DNA of 64,000 nucleotides from an uncultured Chloroflexia bacterium (GTDB taxonomy: Bacteria > Chloroflexota > Limnocylindria > Limnocylindrales > CSP1-4): the NCBI GenBank assembly GCA_963712745.1, contig CAVQJC010000011.1, positions 224,001-288,000 on the forward strand. Reading direction: 5' to 3'. Of the stretch, positions 30,766 through 39,423 are shown one piece after another. Positions within the stretch are counted from its first letter, which is position 1, and every line of letters begins with the position of its first letter. Both the position numbers and the translations under genes were made by a program. Below the pieces are notes generated by a model. The model saw nothing but the letters and a program-made list of their open reading frames with translations. It was not told the DNA's origin and did not search any database.

Positions 30766-31092
30766 ATGGGCAGGACGGTGAGTGAGTTGGCCCGCGAGAT
30801 CATCAGCCGCCTCGACCAGGGCGAACCACTCGAGTCGGCCATCTCCCTGGTACTGACCGGCGAGGGCGTTGACGAGGACGTGCTCGTCGAGCTGCAGGTC
30901 GCGGGGTTGCGCGACGCGGTCGTCCACGAAGCCTTCCACGAGCTGCTCGACTGGCACGCCAACTTCGGCGGCCTGGCCGAGTTCCTCGAGATCGACGAGG
31001 CTATCCACCGCACCGCCGAGCGTATCGGCCACGACTTCGACCAGGACCCGCCCGAGCACCTGCCTGACCTGGGCCCCCGGCTGGTCCACTAG
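30766..31092 (+). CDS. Hypothetical acidic protein
   Basis: ATG after GGAGGAGG, coding-like codon usage, 108 aa. Confidence 0.6.
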   Translation: MGRTVSELAREIISRLDQGEPLESAISLVLTGEGVDEDVLVELQVAGLRDAVVHEAFHELLDWHANFGGLAEFLEIDEAIHRTAERIGHDFDQDPPEHLPDLGPRLVH

Positions 31093-31191
31093 CTCGCGCA
31101 GCGCCGCGCCCGTCAGCGTCCGCGAGAGCATGTTCGTCGTCCGGCCTGATGGCCGCTACGTCGCCCACCACCTGATGCGCCGGGAGCTGGT

Positions 31192-32028
31192 GTGACCACG
31201 CGCCAGACACCCAGGGGAGGCGGCTGGTTCTCGTTCCCGACGATGCGAGCCGGTGCGCGCGCCATCCTGCCGCTCTCGATCGGTGCCTTCCCCTTCGGTC
31301 TGGCCTACGGCGTGACGGTGGTGGAGTCGCCGCTGAACGACGTGGCAGGTCTGCTGGCCTCGTTCATCGTGCTTGCGGGGGCCGCCCAGCTGGCCATCGC
31401 CGACCTCACCGATCAGGGCGCTCCATGGTTCATCGTGGTGGGCACAGCACTCGTCATCAACGCCCGCTTCACGATGTACTCGGGGGCCCTGGCGCCGTCG
31501 TTCTCCGAGTATCCCAAGCGCTGGCGGATCCCGCTGGCCCACTTCATGACCGACCAGACCACGGTCACCTCGCTGCTGTTCAACCGGCAGGAGCGAGATC
31601 CCCGCCAACGCCTGGCCTACTACTTCGGCGCCGGCCTCAGCTTCGCGGTCTCCTGGTGGGTGGGCACCGTCATCGGTCTGGCGGTGGGTGCCACCATCCC
31701 GTCCGAGTTCCAGGTCGGGTTCGCGGCACCCCTCATGTTCATCGCCCTGGCGGTGCCCTCGATCCGCGACCGAGCGGCCCTGGTCGCGGCGGCCGTCGCC
31801 TTCTCGGTCACGCTCATCGCCCGCGACGCGCCCATGAACTCGGGCCTGCTCATCGGTGCCGCAGCCGGCATCGCCTTCGGTCTGCTGGCCAAGTCACGCG
31901 GTCCCGGCGAGACCAGCGCTCCGGAGAGCAAGGACGACCATGCCGGAGCCCCCGTCGCGCCCGGACCGTCGCCCACTTCGCCGGTCCAGGAAGCGCCGGT
32001 CGCGCCGGGGGTGGCCGATGACGAGTGA
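31192..32028 (+). CDS. azlC: AzlC-family branched-chain amino acid export permease
   Basis: PFGLAYG, AGAAQL, INARF.MYS, MTDQT, W..GT.IG. Confidence 0.88.
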   Translation: MTTRQTPRGGGWFSFPTMRAGARAILPLSIGAFPFGLAYGVTVVESPLNDVAGLLASFIVLAGAAQLAIADLTDQGAPWFIVVGTALVINARFTMYSGALAPSFSEYPKRWRIPLAHFMTDQTTVTSLLFNRQERDPRQRLAYYFGAGLSFAVSWWVGTVIGLAVGATIPSEFQVGFAAPLMFIALAVPSIRDRAALVAAAVAFSVTLIARDAPMNSGLLIGAAAGIAFGLLAKSRGPGETSAPESKDDHAGAPVAPGPSPTSPVQEAPVAPGVADDE

Positions 32029-32329
32029 CCTTCTGCTCGTGGTCCTGGTGGCCGCCGGCACCCTGGCCATGCGGGCCTCGATGGTCACGCTGCTGGCCGA
32101 TGCGGCCATCCCCGCACGCGTCGAACAGGCGCTCAGCCTGGTGGCGCCGGCGGTGCTCTCCGGGCTGGTGGCACAGACCCTCTTTCTCGATGGAGGCGAC
32201 TTCCGGCCGTTCGATACCTGGTATCTCGCTGCTGCCATAGCCGCTTTGGTGGCCTGGCGCACCACTTCCTTCGGCTGGACGCTGCTGGCAGGCATGGGCA
32301 GCGTTTGGCTTTTCGAGGCTGTCCTCTAG
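32018..32329 (+). CDS. azlD: AzlD-domain protein
   Basis: GTLAMR, LSLVAPAVLSGLV, AALVAWRT...TLLAGM; overlaps the azlC end. Confidence 0.85.
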   Translation: MTSDLLLVVLVAAGTLAMRASMVTLLADAAIPARVEQALSLVAPAVLSGLVAQTLFLDGGDFRPFDTWYLAAAIAALVAWRTTSFGWTLLAGMGSVWLFEAVL

Positions 32330-32382
32330 AATCCGATCCCGGGGAAGTGCCACCGTCGCTCGCCCGGCCAGAGGCCTCGCAC

Positions 32383-32414
32383 GACGGAGTAGCCCATCGA
32401 CGGAGTAGCCCATC
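32383..32414. repeat. 16-bp tandem duplication upstream of the M23 gene
   Basis: GACGGAGTAGCCCATC x2. Confidence 0.8.
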
Positions 32415-32551
32415 AGTACCAGTGGGGTTGGACGAACGACTAGTCCACAAGTTCCATCTCCACCGATACCATTCGCCAACCTCGAGATGGGTCCGCATGC
32501 TTGCCTGTGCCCTGGCGATGGCCATCCCGAGATGAAGTGGAGTGGAGAGCA

Positions 32552-33965
32552 GTGCCCCTGACCGGCTCAGTCGCGTGGCCCACATCGGCTACCCGGCTCG
32601 CGATCGCGTTGTGTGCGTTCGCGCTGCTCGCCACGGCCAGCGCCACCGGGGACCGGCCCGTGGCTGCCGCTGATCTCTCCAGCCAGATCAACGCCAATCG
32701 CTCGTACATGGAATATGCGCAGAAGACGATGCGCGCCCAGGACCAGGCCATCCTCTCGATCCAGAGCCAGCGCACGGGCGTCAAGAAGGCCTACAAGGAG
32801 GCGCGCGCCACGCTCAGGCAGCTGCGCACCTGGTACAAGGCCACGCTCAAGATGGTGGCGACTCGACAGGCACGACTGGCCGAGGCCGAGGGACGCTACG
32901 CGTCCGCGGCCGAGGCGCCGGATCCCAAGGAGTACAGGGATCGCGTGAGCAAGCTGCGCAAGGACGTGCGTGACGCGCTTGGCCAGAAGCAGACCCTCGC
33001 CTCGCGCGTGCGGGCTGCCGAGCGGACGTTCAAGGCCAGCCGCGCGCGCCTCAACTCGCTGAACCGCGCGCAGAAGGCGGCCATCGCCCGGCGCGAAGGT
33101 GCCGAGGCCACTCTCGGAGCGCGGATCGTCGAGATGCAGCGGCTGGCAGCGACACGGGCCGAGACCCAGTCCACGGTCAGCCTCGCGAGCGGTAGTTCGG
33201 CCTTCTCCTGGCCGACCACCGGCCGGATCGACCCAACCATACGGATGCACCGGCTTCAACCTGAACCCGCGACGCGGCTCCTGTCGCCACTTCCACGACG
33301 GCATCGACGTCGTGGACTCGTACGGCACGCCGGTACGGTCGGTGGCCGTGGGCGTCGTGGCCTATTCGGGCTGGAACCCGTGGGACGAAGGCGGCCGCGC
33401 CTGGATCGTCGTCGTCGTCCACCCTGACGGCTACGTTTCGCGCTATGGGCACATGATCCCGCGGCAGCCCGTCCGGGCGGGCGACGTGGTGCACACCGGC
33501 CAGATCATCGGGCGCATGGGCAGCACCGGCAAGTCCACCGGTACACACCTGCACTTCGAGCTGCTCCGCAACGGCAGCGACGTCAACCCGGTCGAGTACC
33601 TGCCCACCGGCGTGGTCCGGATCGACAAGTCCACCACGCGCGAAGGTCGCGCTGCACAGGCTAGCGGGAAGTCCAAGGCCACGGCGAAGTCCAAGGCCAA
33701 GCCGAAGCCGAAGCCGAAGGTCAAGCTCCCGAAGTTCAACAGGGCCACCAAGTTCCCCGATGAGAAGCCGACCATCGTGTGCCAGCCGGGTGGCGGGGAC
33801 AAGGGCTCGGCCGCGGTGGACGCCTGCGTGGCCGCCTTGTCGACCACGAGGGGCGACCGTCACGCGCCGCCGGTCTCTCGCGCCGATCCGGCGACCGAGG
33901 GGGAGACGACCACCGAGCCGGGTGTGCCCTTGCCCTACCGGGGCGCGTCGCCCGATCCTTCCTAG
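32552..33965 (+). CDS. Secreted coiled-coil M23 metallopeptidase (frameshift near 33230)
   Basis: Signal peptide and long coiled coil; second frame HDGID, YGHM, STGTHLHFE; Lys/Pro-rich tail. Confidence 0.88.
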
Positions 33966-34101
33966 GACTCTACCAGTCCCGGCGCGGTCCCGCCCCGACC
34001 GGCTCGGCCCCGCCAGCACCCATCCGCTCCAGCGGCGCTACGCTGTGCTCCGCGTCCGCCGGCACGCCGTGCCCTGGCGGCACCCATGGAGGTTCCAACC
34101 C

Positions 34102-35259
34102 TTGAACGTCGCAACCAGGATCGGTGGCCGCGGCCGCCGCAGTCCGATCGCTGCCGTGCTCGTGGCAGCGCTGCTGCTGACCCTGCCCGGAGCGGTGCTG
34201 GCGCAGGACGCCGACCAGAGCTCCGCCCCCGAGCCCGACGCATCCGGTGTCGAGTTCCCCATAATGCTCGGCGGCCAGCTGCTCACGGCCGAGACCTTCA
34301 CCGGCCCACAATGGCTTGACCAGGTCGATGACGGTGAGACCGACCTGAGCGGCTACATCGAGGGCACCGAGGCGCTCGTGGCGGACGTGGGCAAGACGCT
34401 CGACGACCTCACCGTCAAATCGGCGCTCTATCAGCCGAGCCCCGGCAACAATGCCGTGGTCGTGGCCATGCGCATCGAAGGCGTGGATGCGCGCGACTTC
34501 GCTGCGCCGGCCATCGCGCTCATGCTCGGAGACGTGGTCGAGCCCGACCTGCTGCTGCGGCCGTTGGGTGACAAGTGGGCGCTGCGTGTCGTCGATGCGA
34601 CGATGCCCGGGGTCTACCCCCGCACCGCCTATCTCAAGGACGACACCGTTTGGATCATCGAGGGCGACGAGGACTACGTCTGGGATGCGCTCGATCAGCT
34701 GCCCGACCCCGACCCCGTCGGCGAGAGTGCGGCAGACACCCTCTTCACCGACGTCCCGCTCTCGCTGGAAGGCCGACGTCGGGTGGGCCTCTACGAGACG
34801 ACCGAACCGCTCTTCCTGCCGACCTTCGGCGAGCGTCTCGGCGATACCGTCGACCCGTGGCTGGCAGACCTCTACCTCGAGGCTGGCATCTCGCCCTCGG
34901 AGATGATCGGCGTCTACGGCTGGTGGGGCCTGCCCTCACCTGAGAATGGCCTCCAGATCGAGGGCTACCGCCTCCCGCCCGGTGGCGAGGAACAGCTGCA
35001 GCGGCTGCTGACCGACATCTTCCTGGCCCGTCCGGCCGAGGAGGGCGCGGATCCCGAGACGACCAGCGAGCTGAGCCAGTCGCTGACCGGCATCGGCTTC
35101 AGCGAAGGCGAGTTCGCCGGACGCCAGGTGACCACGCTCGACTATGGGACCGCGGTGAAGCACATCTTCGGCTCGGAGGACGGTGAGACCATCTGGGTCG
35201 TGACCGATCCTTCGAGCGAGCCGTCGCTGGTAGAGGCCGCCGTCGCGGCTCTGCCGTAG
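34102..35259 (+). CDS. Secreted acidic hypothetical protein with two related domains
   Basis: TTG after GGAGG; signal peptide VLA-QD; both halves end in similar TVWII...DALDQLP / TIWVV...AAVAALP motifs. Confidence 0.7.
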   Translation: MNVATRIGGRGRRSPIAAVLVAALLLTLPGAVLAQDADQSSAPEPDASGVEFPIMLGGQLLTAETFTGPQWLDQVDDGETDLSGYIEGTEALVADVGKTLDDLTVKSALYQPSPGNNAVVVAMRIEGVDARDFAAPAIALMLGDVVEPDLLLRPLGDKWALRVVDATMPGVYPRTAYLKDDTVWIIEGDEDYVWDALDQLPDPDPVGESAADTLFTDVPLSLEGRRRVGLYETTEPLFLPTFGERLGDTVDPWLADLYLEAGISPSEMIGVYGWWGLPSPENGLQIEGYRLPPGGEEQLQRLLTDIFLARPAEEGADPETTSELSQSLTGIGFSEGEFAGRQVTTLDYGTAVKHIFGSEDGETIWVVTDPSSEPSLVEAAVAALP

Positions 35260-35298
35260 CGCCATCGCGCCGCGGCGCGCGGCCGGCGACGCCAGGGC

Positions 35299-36678
35299 TC
35301 AAGCGAGCGGTTCGAGGCGAGCCGTGAAGTGGCGTAGCCAGGGGGCCTGTTCGACGATGCGGTAGCCGCGCATCTCCGGGGCTCGCCCGGCGACGTCGAG
35401 GATGACCTCGGCCACGTAGTCGATGTGGCTCTGGGTGTACATGCGCCGGGGGATGGCCAGGCGTACCAGCTCCATGGCGGCGGGCTCGTCGGGCTCTTCC
35501 TCACGTGCCCGGCCGAACATGACCGTGCCGATCTCGACACCGCGCACGCCGCCTGCGCGGTAGAGCTCGATGGCCAGCGCCTGGGCCGGGTACTCGTGCG
35601 CCGGGATGTGTGGCAGGAGTGCCTTGGCGTCGATGTACACCGCATGGCCGCCCGGCGGGCGGACGGTGGGGATGCCGGCCGCGTGCACGGTCTCGGCGAG
35701 GTACTCGGTCGAGCGGATGCGGTAGCGCAGGTACTTCTCGTCGACCACCTCCTGGAGACCCTGGGCGATGGCCTCCAGATCGTAGCCGGCCAGGCCGCCA
35801 TAGGTGGGGAAGCCCTCGGTCAGGATGAGCAGGTTCCGCGCCGACCGAGCCCACGAGGCGTCGTTGAGCGCGAGGAAGCCGCCGATGTTGGCCAACCCGT
35901 CCTTCTTGGCCGAGACCGTGCAGCCGTCGGCGATGGAGAACATCTCCTGCGCGATCTGCTTGGGCGTCCTGTCGGCATAGCCTTCTTCGCGCAGCTTGAT
36001 GAACCAGGCGTTCTCAGCGAAGCGGCAGGCGTCGAGGAACATGGGGATGCCGTATCCGTCGCAGACCGCCCGCACCGCACGCAGGTTGGCCATCGACACC
36101 GGCTGGCCGCCACCGGAGTTGTTGGTCACCGTTACCATCACCAGCGGGACCTTCTCGACGCCGTGTCCTTCGATGGCCGCACGCAGCGCCTCGATATCGA
36201 CGTCGCCCTTGAAGGGCAGCTCGGCCGCCGGGTCGCGACCCTCGGCGCAGACCACGTCGAGCGCCTCCGCGCCCTGGTACTCGACGTTGGCCCGGGTGGT
36301 GTCGAAGTGGGTGTTGTTGGGCACGACGTCGCCCTCGCTGACGGCGACGGTGAAGAGGATCTTCTCAGCCGCTCGACCCTGGTGCGTGGGGATGATCTCG
36401 CTGTAGCCGGTGAGATCGCGCACGACCTCTTCGAAGCGGTAGAACGAGCGGGAGCCGGCATACGACTCGTCGCCCATCATCATCCCGGCCCACTGCCTGG
36501 AGGACATGGCCCCGGTGCCGGAGTCGGTCAGGAGGTCGATGATGACCTCGTCGGCATGAAGACCGAAGAGGTTGAACCCGGCGCGGACGAGGGCGGCTTC
36601 ACGGGCCTCACGGTCGGGCAGGTCGATGGCCTGCACGGTGTGGATACGGAACGGTTCGATGATCGTCTTGAAGCCCAT
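35299..36678 (-). CDS. tnaA: Tryptophanase (beta-eliminating lyase)
   Basis: EPFRI, IDLLTDSGT, GDESYAGS, HQGRAAE, HFDTTRA, SAKKD (PLP lysine; tyrosine phenol-lyases usually have SGKKD), LRHFTARL. Confidence 0.88.
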   Translation of the reverse strand: MGFKTIIEPFRIHTVQAIDLPDREAREAALVRAGFNLFGLHADEVIIDLLTDSGTGAMSSRQWAGMMMGDESYAGSRSFYRFEEVVRDLTGYSEIIPTHQGRAAEKILFTVAVSEGDVVPNNTHFDTTRANVEYQGAEALDVVCAEGRDPAAELPFKGDVDIEALRAAIEGHGVEKVPLVMVTVTNNSGGGQPVSMANLRAVRAVCDGYGIPMFLDACRFAENAWFIKLREEGYADRTPKQIAQEMFSIADGCTVSAKKDGLANIGGFLALNDASWARSARNLLILTEGFPTYGGLAGYDLEAIAQGLQEVVDEKYLRYRIRSTEYLAETVHAAGIPTVRPPGGHAVYIDAKALLPHIPAHEYPAQALAIELYRAGGVRGVEIGTVMFGRAREEEPDEPAAMELVRLAIPRRMYTQSHIDYVAEVILDVAGRAPEMRGYRIVEQAPWLRHFTARLEPLA

Positions 36679-36732
36679 GGGTCCCCTCGGCGGCGCGTTC
36701 GCCCCGAGTCTCGCATCTGGGCTGCCGGCGCG

Positions 36733-38325
36733 TCAGGCTGACGGCGGCGTGACGACGACGCCGTCCTCACCCTGCCAGAGCAACTGGTAGCCATGCTCGA
36801 CGAGCAGATCGGCGACGAGGCCGTCAGGGGTCACGGCGTCCGCGGAGTCGTCCACGTAGACGACCACGCTGTCGGGGCCGGGGTAGCGACGGACCCAGGC
36901 ATCGACACAGGCTGCCCGATCGACGGGGTCGGTCCGGCACTTCAACAGCTCTCGTTCGGCCATGCGCTGCGGGTCGCGCCGGTCGCCGGCCCACTCGTAC
37001 CCCTGTGTGGTGGTCATGCTGGTACGTCCCGACAGTGCCGGGAACCACTCGCTGACGATGTCGGAGCCCCATACGGCGGTAGCCAGCGAGACCGTGCGAG
37101 TCTCCGTGGGCGTGTGCTCGCGCACCCACGTCATGGCTGCCCGTTGGCTGGGCGTGAGCGCCGCGTCCGGCCCGGTGGCGTCGATGGCGGCGTTCATGGC
37201 CGGGATGAACGCCAGCGCCACGACCACCACGACCACCATCCGTCGCACGGCCCCCTGCCGGCTGACAGCCGTCGCACCCGATGCCTTCGCTGCCAGGCGC
37301 CAGACTGCCGGGACCAGCACATCGAGCGTCCCGTGCGCCGCCAGCAGGCTCACCGGAGCGGCGCCGGCGAGGGGGGAAAAGCGTGCGTCGAGCGCGAACA
37401 CGCCGATGCGCCAGACCAGCAGGAAGGGACGCCGCGCGCGAGCCTCGTGGACCTGGCCCACGATGTCCAGGATGCCGACCGCCGGAACCGTGAGCAGGAA
37501 GAGGAAGGCATAGGCGATGACCGACTCGAAGAGGTCGCGATCGGGTACCGCGGATGCGGAGAGGAACGGGTCGAACCCATGGCGGGCCACCACCGTCGCG
37601 ACCCAGGGCGCGATGATGATGAGGGCACCGGCGGCTGCCACCAGCGTCTGCACCAGCGCTTGGCGGGTGCGCCAGCGCGTCAGCCACGCCGCCCCCAGCG
37701 CGATGGCGATGAAGGGCCCTGCTTCGGGGTGGGTGGCCACGGCGAGCCCGGCCAGGACGGCGGTCGCTGCCACGTGCCGCCAGCGGCCGGTGCGGTACAT
37801 GCGCATGCCCTGCCAGGTCGCCAGCAGCGCCAACAGCAGGCCCGGCGCCCGGGTCAGCCCGCCTCCGGCGACGAGCGCGCCGATGACGCCGAGCAGCGCC
37901 CCGTAGAAGGCCGCTGCCACCAGCGCATGCCGGCGGGAGGGGCCAAGCTCCGTCGCCAGCAGGTACATCGCCAGGACGCAGGCCACGTTCAAGGCGGAGG
38001 GCAGGAACCGCAGGATGTCGGTTCGGTCGGCCCCCGTGAGCGCTTCGGCCGATGCCGCCACATAGAAGCCCAGGGGTGGATAGGCGAACGGGATGGTTCC
38101 GCCCTGGTACGTGACGAACTCGGGCAGGCCGAAGCCGGCGTCGAGGATATCGCCGATCATGACGTAGAACAGCCCACCGTCCCAGAGCGGCCAATCGTGG
38201 GCCAGGAGTGGCAGCAGGCGAAGGACGGCGACCAGCGCCAGGATGGCGACGAGGCCGGCGGCAGCCGCCCGCGAGCCGATGTCGGCATTCGGGGCTGCGC
38301 TCGAGGGTGGGGCCGTGGCGGTCAC
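36733..38325 (-). CDS. GT-C type (ArnT/PMT-like) membrane glycosyltransferase
   Basis: DGGLFY, FAYPPLGF, multiple TM helices, extracytoplasmic C-terminal domain with EWFPALSGR. Confidence 0.7.
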   Translation of the reverse strand: MTATAPPSSAAPNADIGSRAAAAGLVAILALVAVLRLLPLLAHDWPLWDGGLFYVMIGDILDAGFGLPEFVTYQGGTIPFAYPPLGFYVAASAEALTGADRTDILRFLPSALNVACVLAMYLLATELGPSRRHALVAAAFYGALLGVIGALVAGGGLTRAPGLLLALLATWQGMRMYRTGRWRHVAATAVLAGLAVATHPEAGPFIAIALGAAWLTRWRTRQALVQTLVAAAGALIIIAPWVATVVARHGFDPFLSASAVPDRDLFESVIAYAFLFLLTVPAVGILDIVGQVHEARARRPFLLVWRIGVFALDARFSPLAGAAPVSLLAAHGTLDVLVPAVWRLAAKASGATAVSRQGAVRRMVVVVVVALAFIPAMNAAIDATGPDAALTPSQRAAMTWVREHTPTETRTVSLATAVWGSDIVSEWFPALSGRTSMTTTQGYEWAGDRRDPQRMAERELLKCRTDPVDRAACVDAWVRRYPGPDSVVVYVDDSADAVTPDGLVADLLVEHGYQLLWQGEDGVVVTPPSA

Positions 38326-38440
38326 CGGCCCGTGTCGACGCGGGGTCGCTCGACCTGCCGTCCGGCTTGGCGACAGAGGTGTCGCTCGTCCACCTTCGTC
38401 AACCGGCGGGGATATGCATGGAGGTCAGGGTAGCGTGTGG

Positions 38441-39148
38441 TCAGGCTTCATCTGCGGCCGCGTCCGCCGGTGCCAGGAAGGCGTTGGCCAGGAAGCCGGT
38501 CAGCGTGCCGAAGACGCCCACGCCGACCAGGATGATGAGCGAGCCCACGAGACGCCCGGCGTCCGTGACAGGGTAGGTGTCGCCATAGCCCACCGTAGAC
38601 ATCGTGACGATCAGGTACCAGATCGCATCGGTGGCGGTGACGATGTTGGCATCCGGGGCTCCGCGCTCGACCGACAGCATGGCCAGGGCGCCGAACTCCA
38701 TGACCAGGATGGCCACGAGGAACACCAGCAGCAGGCCGCCCGTCGCCCGGTTCTCGAAGAACGCCTTGACCGCGGGCCCAAGCCCGCCCATGCGACCGAC
38801 CACCCGGACGACACGGACGATGCGTAGGACTCGCGCGATGCGCAGCGCAGGGATGACGCTGATCAGGTCGAGCCAGCCCCAGCCCTTCAGGAGGTAGGCG
38901 CGGTTGTCCTCGGCCACCTGCAGGCGGCGCAGCAGATCGGCCAGGAAGATGACGATGAGGATCCCGTCCATGATGGTCACGACCTGGCTGATGTCGGGGT
39001 TGCGCGCGACGATGGCCAGGACCAGGTTGAAGATCGATAGCACCGCCACGCACAGGACGAAGATCTCCCAGGGCATCGACAGCAGGACCTGGCCGTCTTT
39101 GGTCTGGGACCCCCAGGGGATGTCCTTGTCGATCGCGCGGTCTTCCAT
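38441..39148 (-). CDS. Voltage-gated (KvAP-like) potassium channel
   Basis: S4 LRIARVLRIVRVVRVVGR, selectivity filter TVGYGD. Confidence 0.92.
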   Translation of the reverse strand: MEDRAIDKDIPWGSQTKDGQVLLSMPWEIFVLCVAVLSIFNLVLAIVARNPDISQVVTIMDGILIVIFLADLLRRLQVAEDNRAYLLKGWGWLDLISVIPALRIARVLRIVRVVRVVGRMGGLGPAVKAFFENRATGGLLLVFLVAILVMEFGALAMLSVERGAPDANIVTATDAIWYLIVTMSTVGYGDTYPVTDAGRLVGSLIILVGVGVFGTLTGFLANAFLAPADAAADEA

Positions 39149-39423
39149 CAGCTGGTCTCCTTTCGCTCCCGGCGGCAGCGACCGGCTGCCTCACTGTCGA
39201 GCATGATGCCTCCGGGGAGCTCAGCGGGGCATGGTTCCGTCGAACACGTCCCAGACGTCGCGCGACGCGGGTCAGCCGCCGTATCCCTACTACCTCGTCG
39301 AGGTGGACGTTCGGGGCTGTTGGCGGCGACTCGAGAGCAGTCGCCTGAAGACTTCTCCGAGCTGAGGGAGAATGTCGCCCCAAGCGGTCGCACCGCCATC
39401 GCGCACGAGGTGAACCCACCCGC

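Noticed and set aside
32330-32550. c-di-AMP (ydaO) riboswitch upstream of the M23 gene
   Set aside because: Conserved ydaO motifs were not recognisable; only a 16-bp duplication is visible.
36679-36732. tnaC-like leader peptide
   Set aside because: Only about 54 bp separate tnaA from the upstream gene and no Trp-containing leader ORF is evident.
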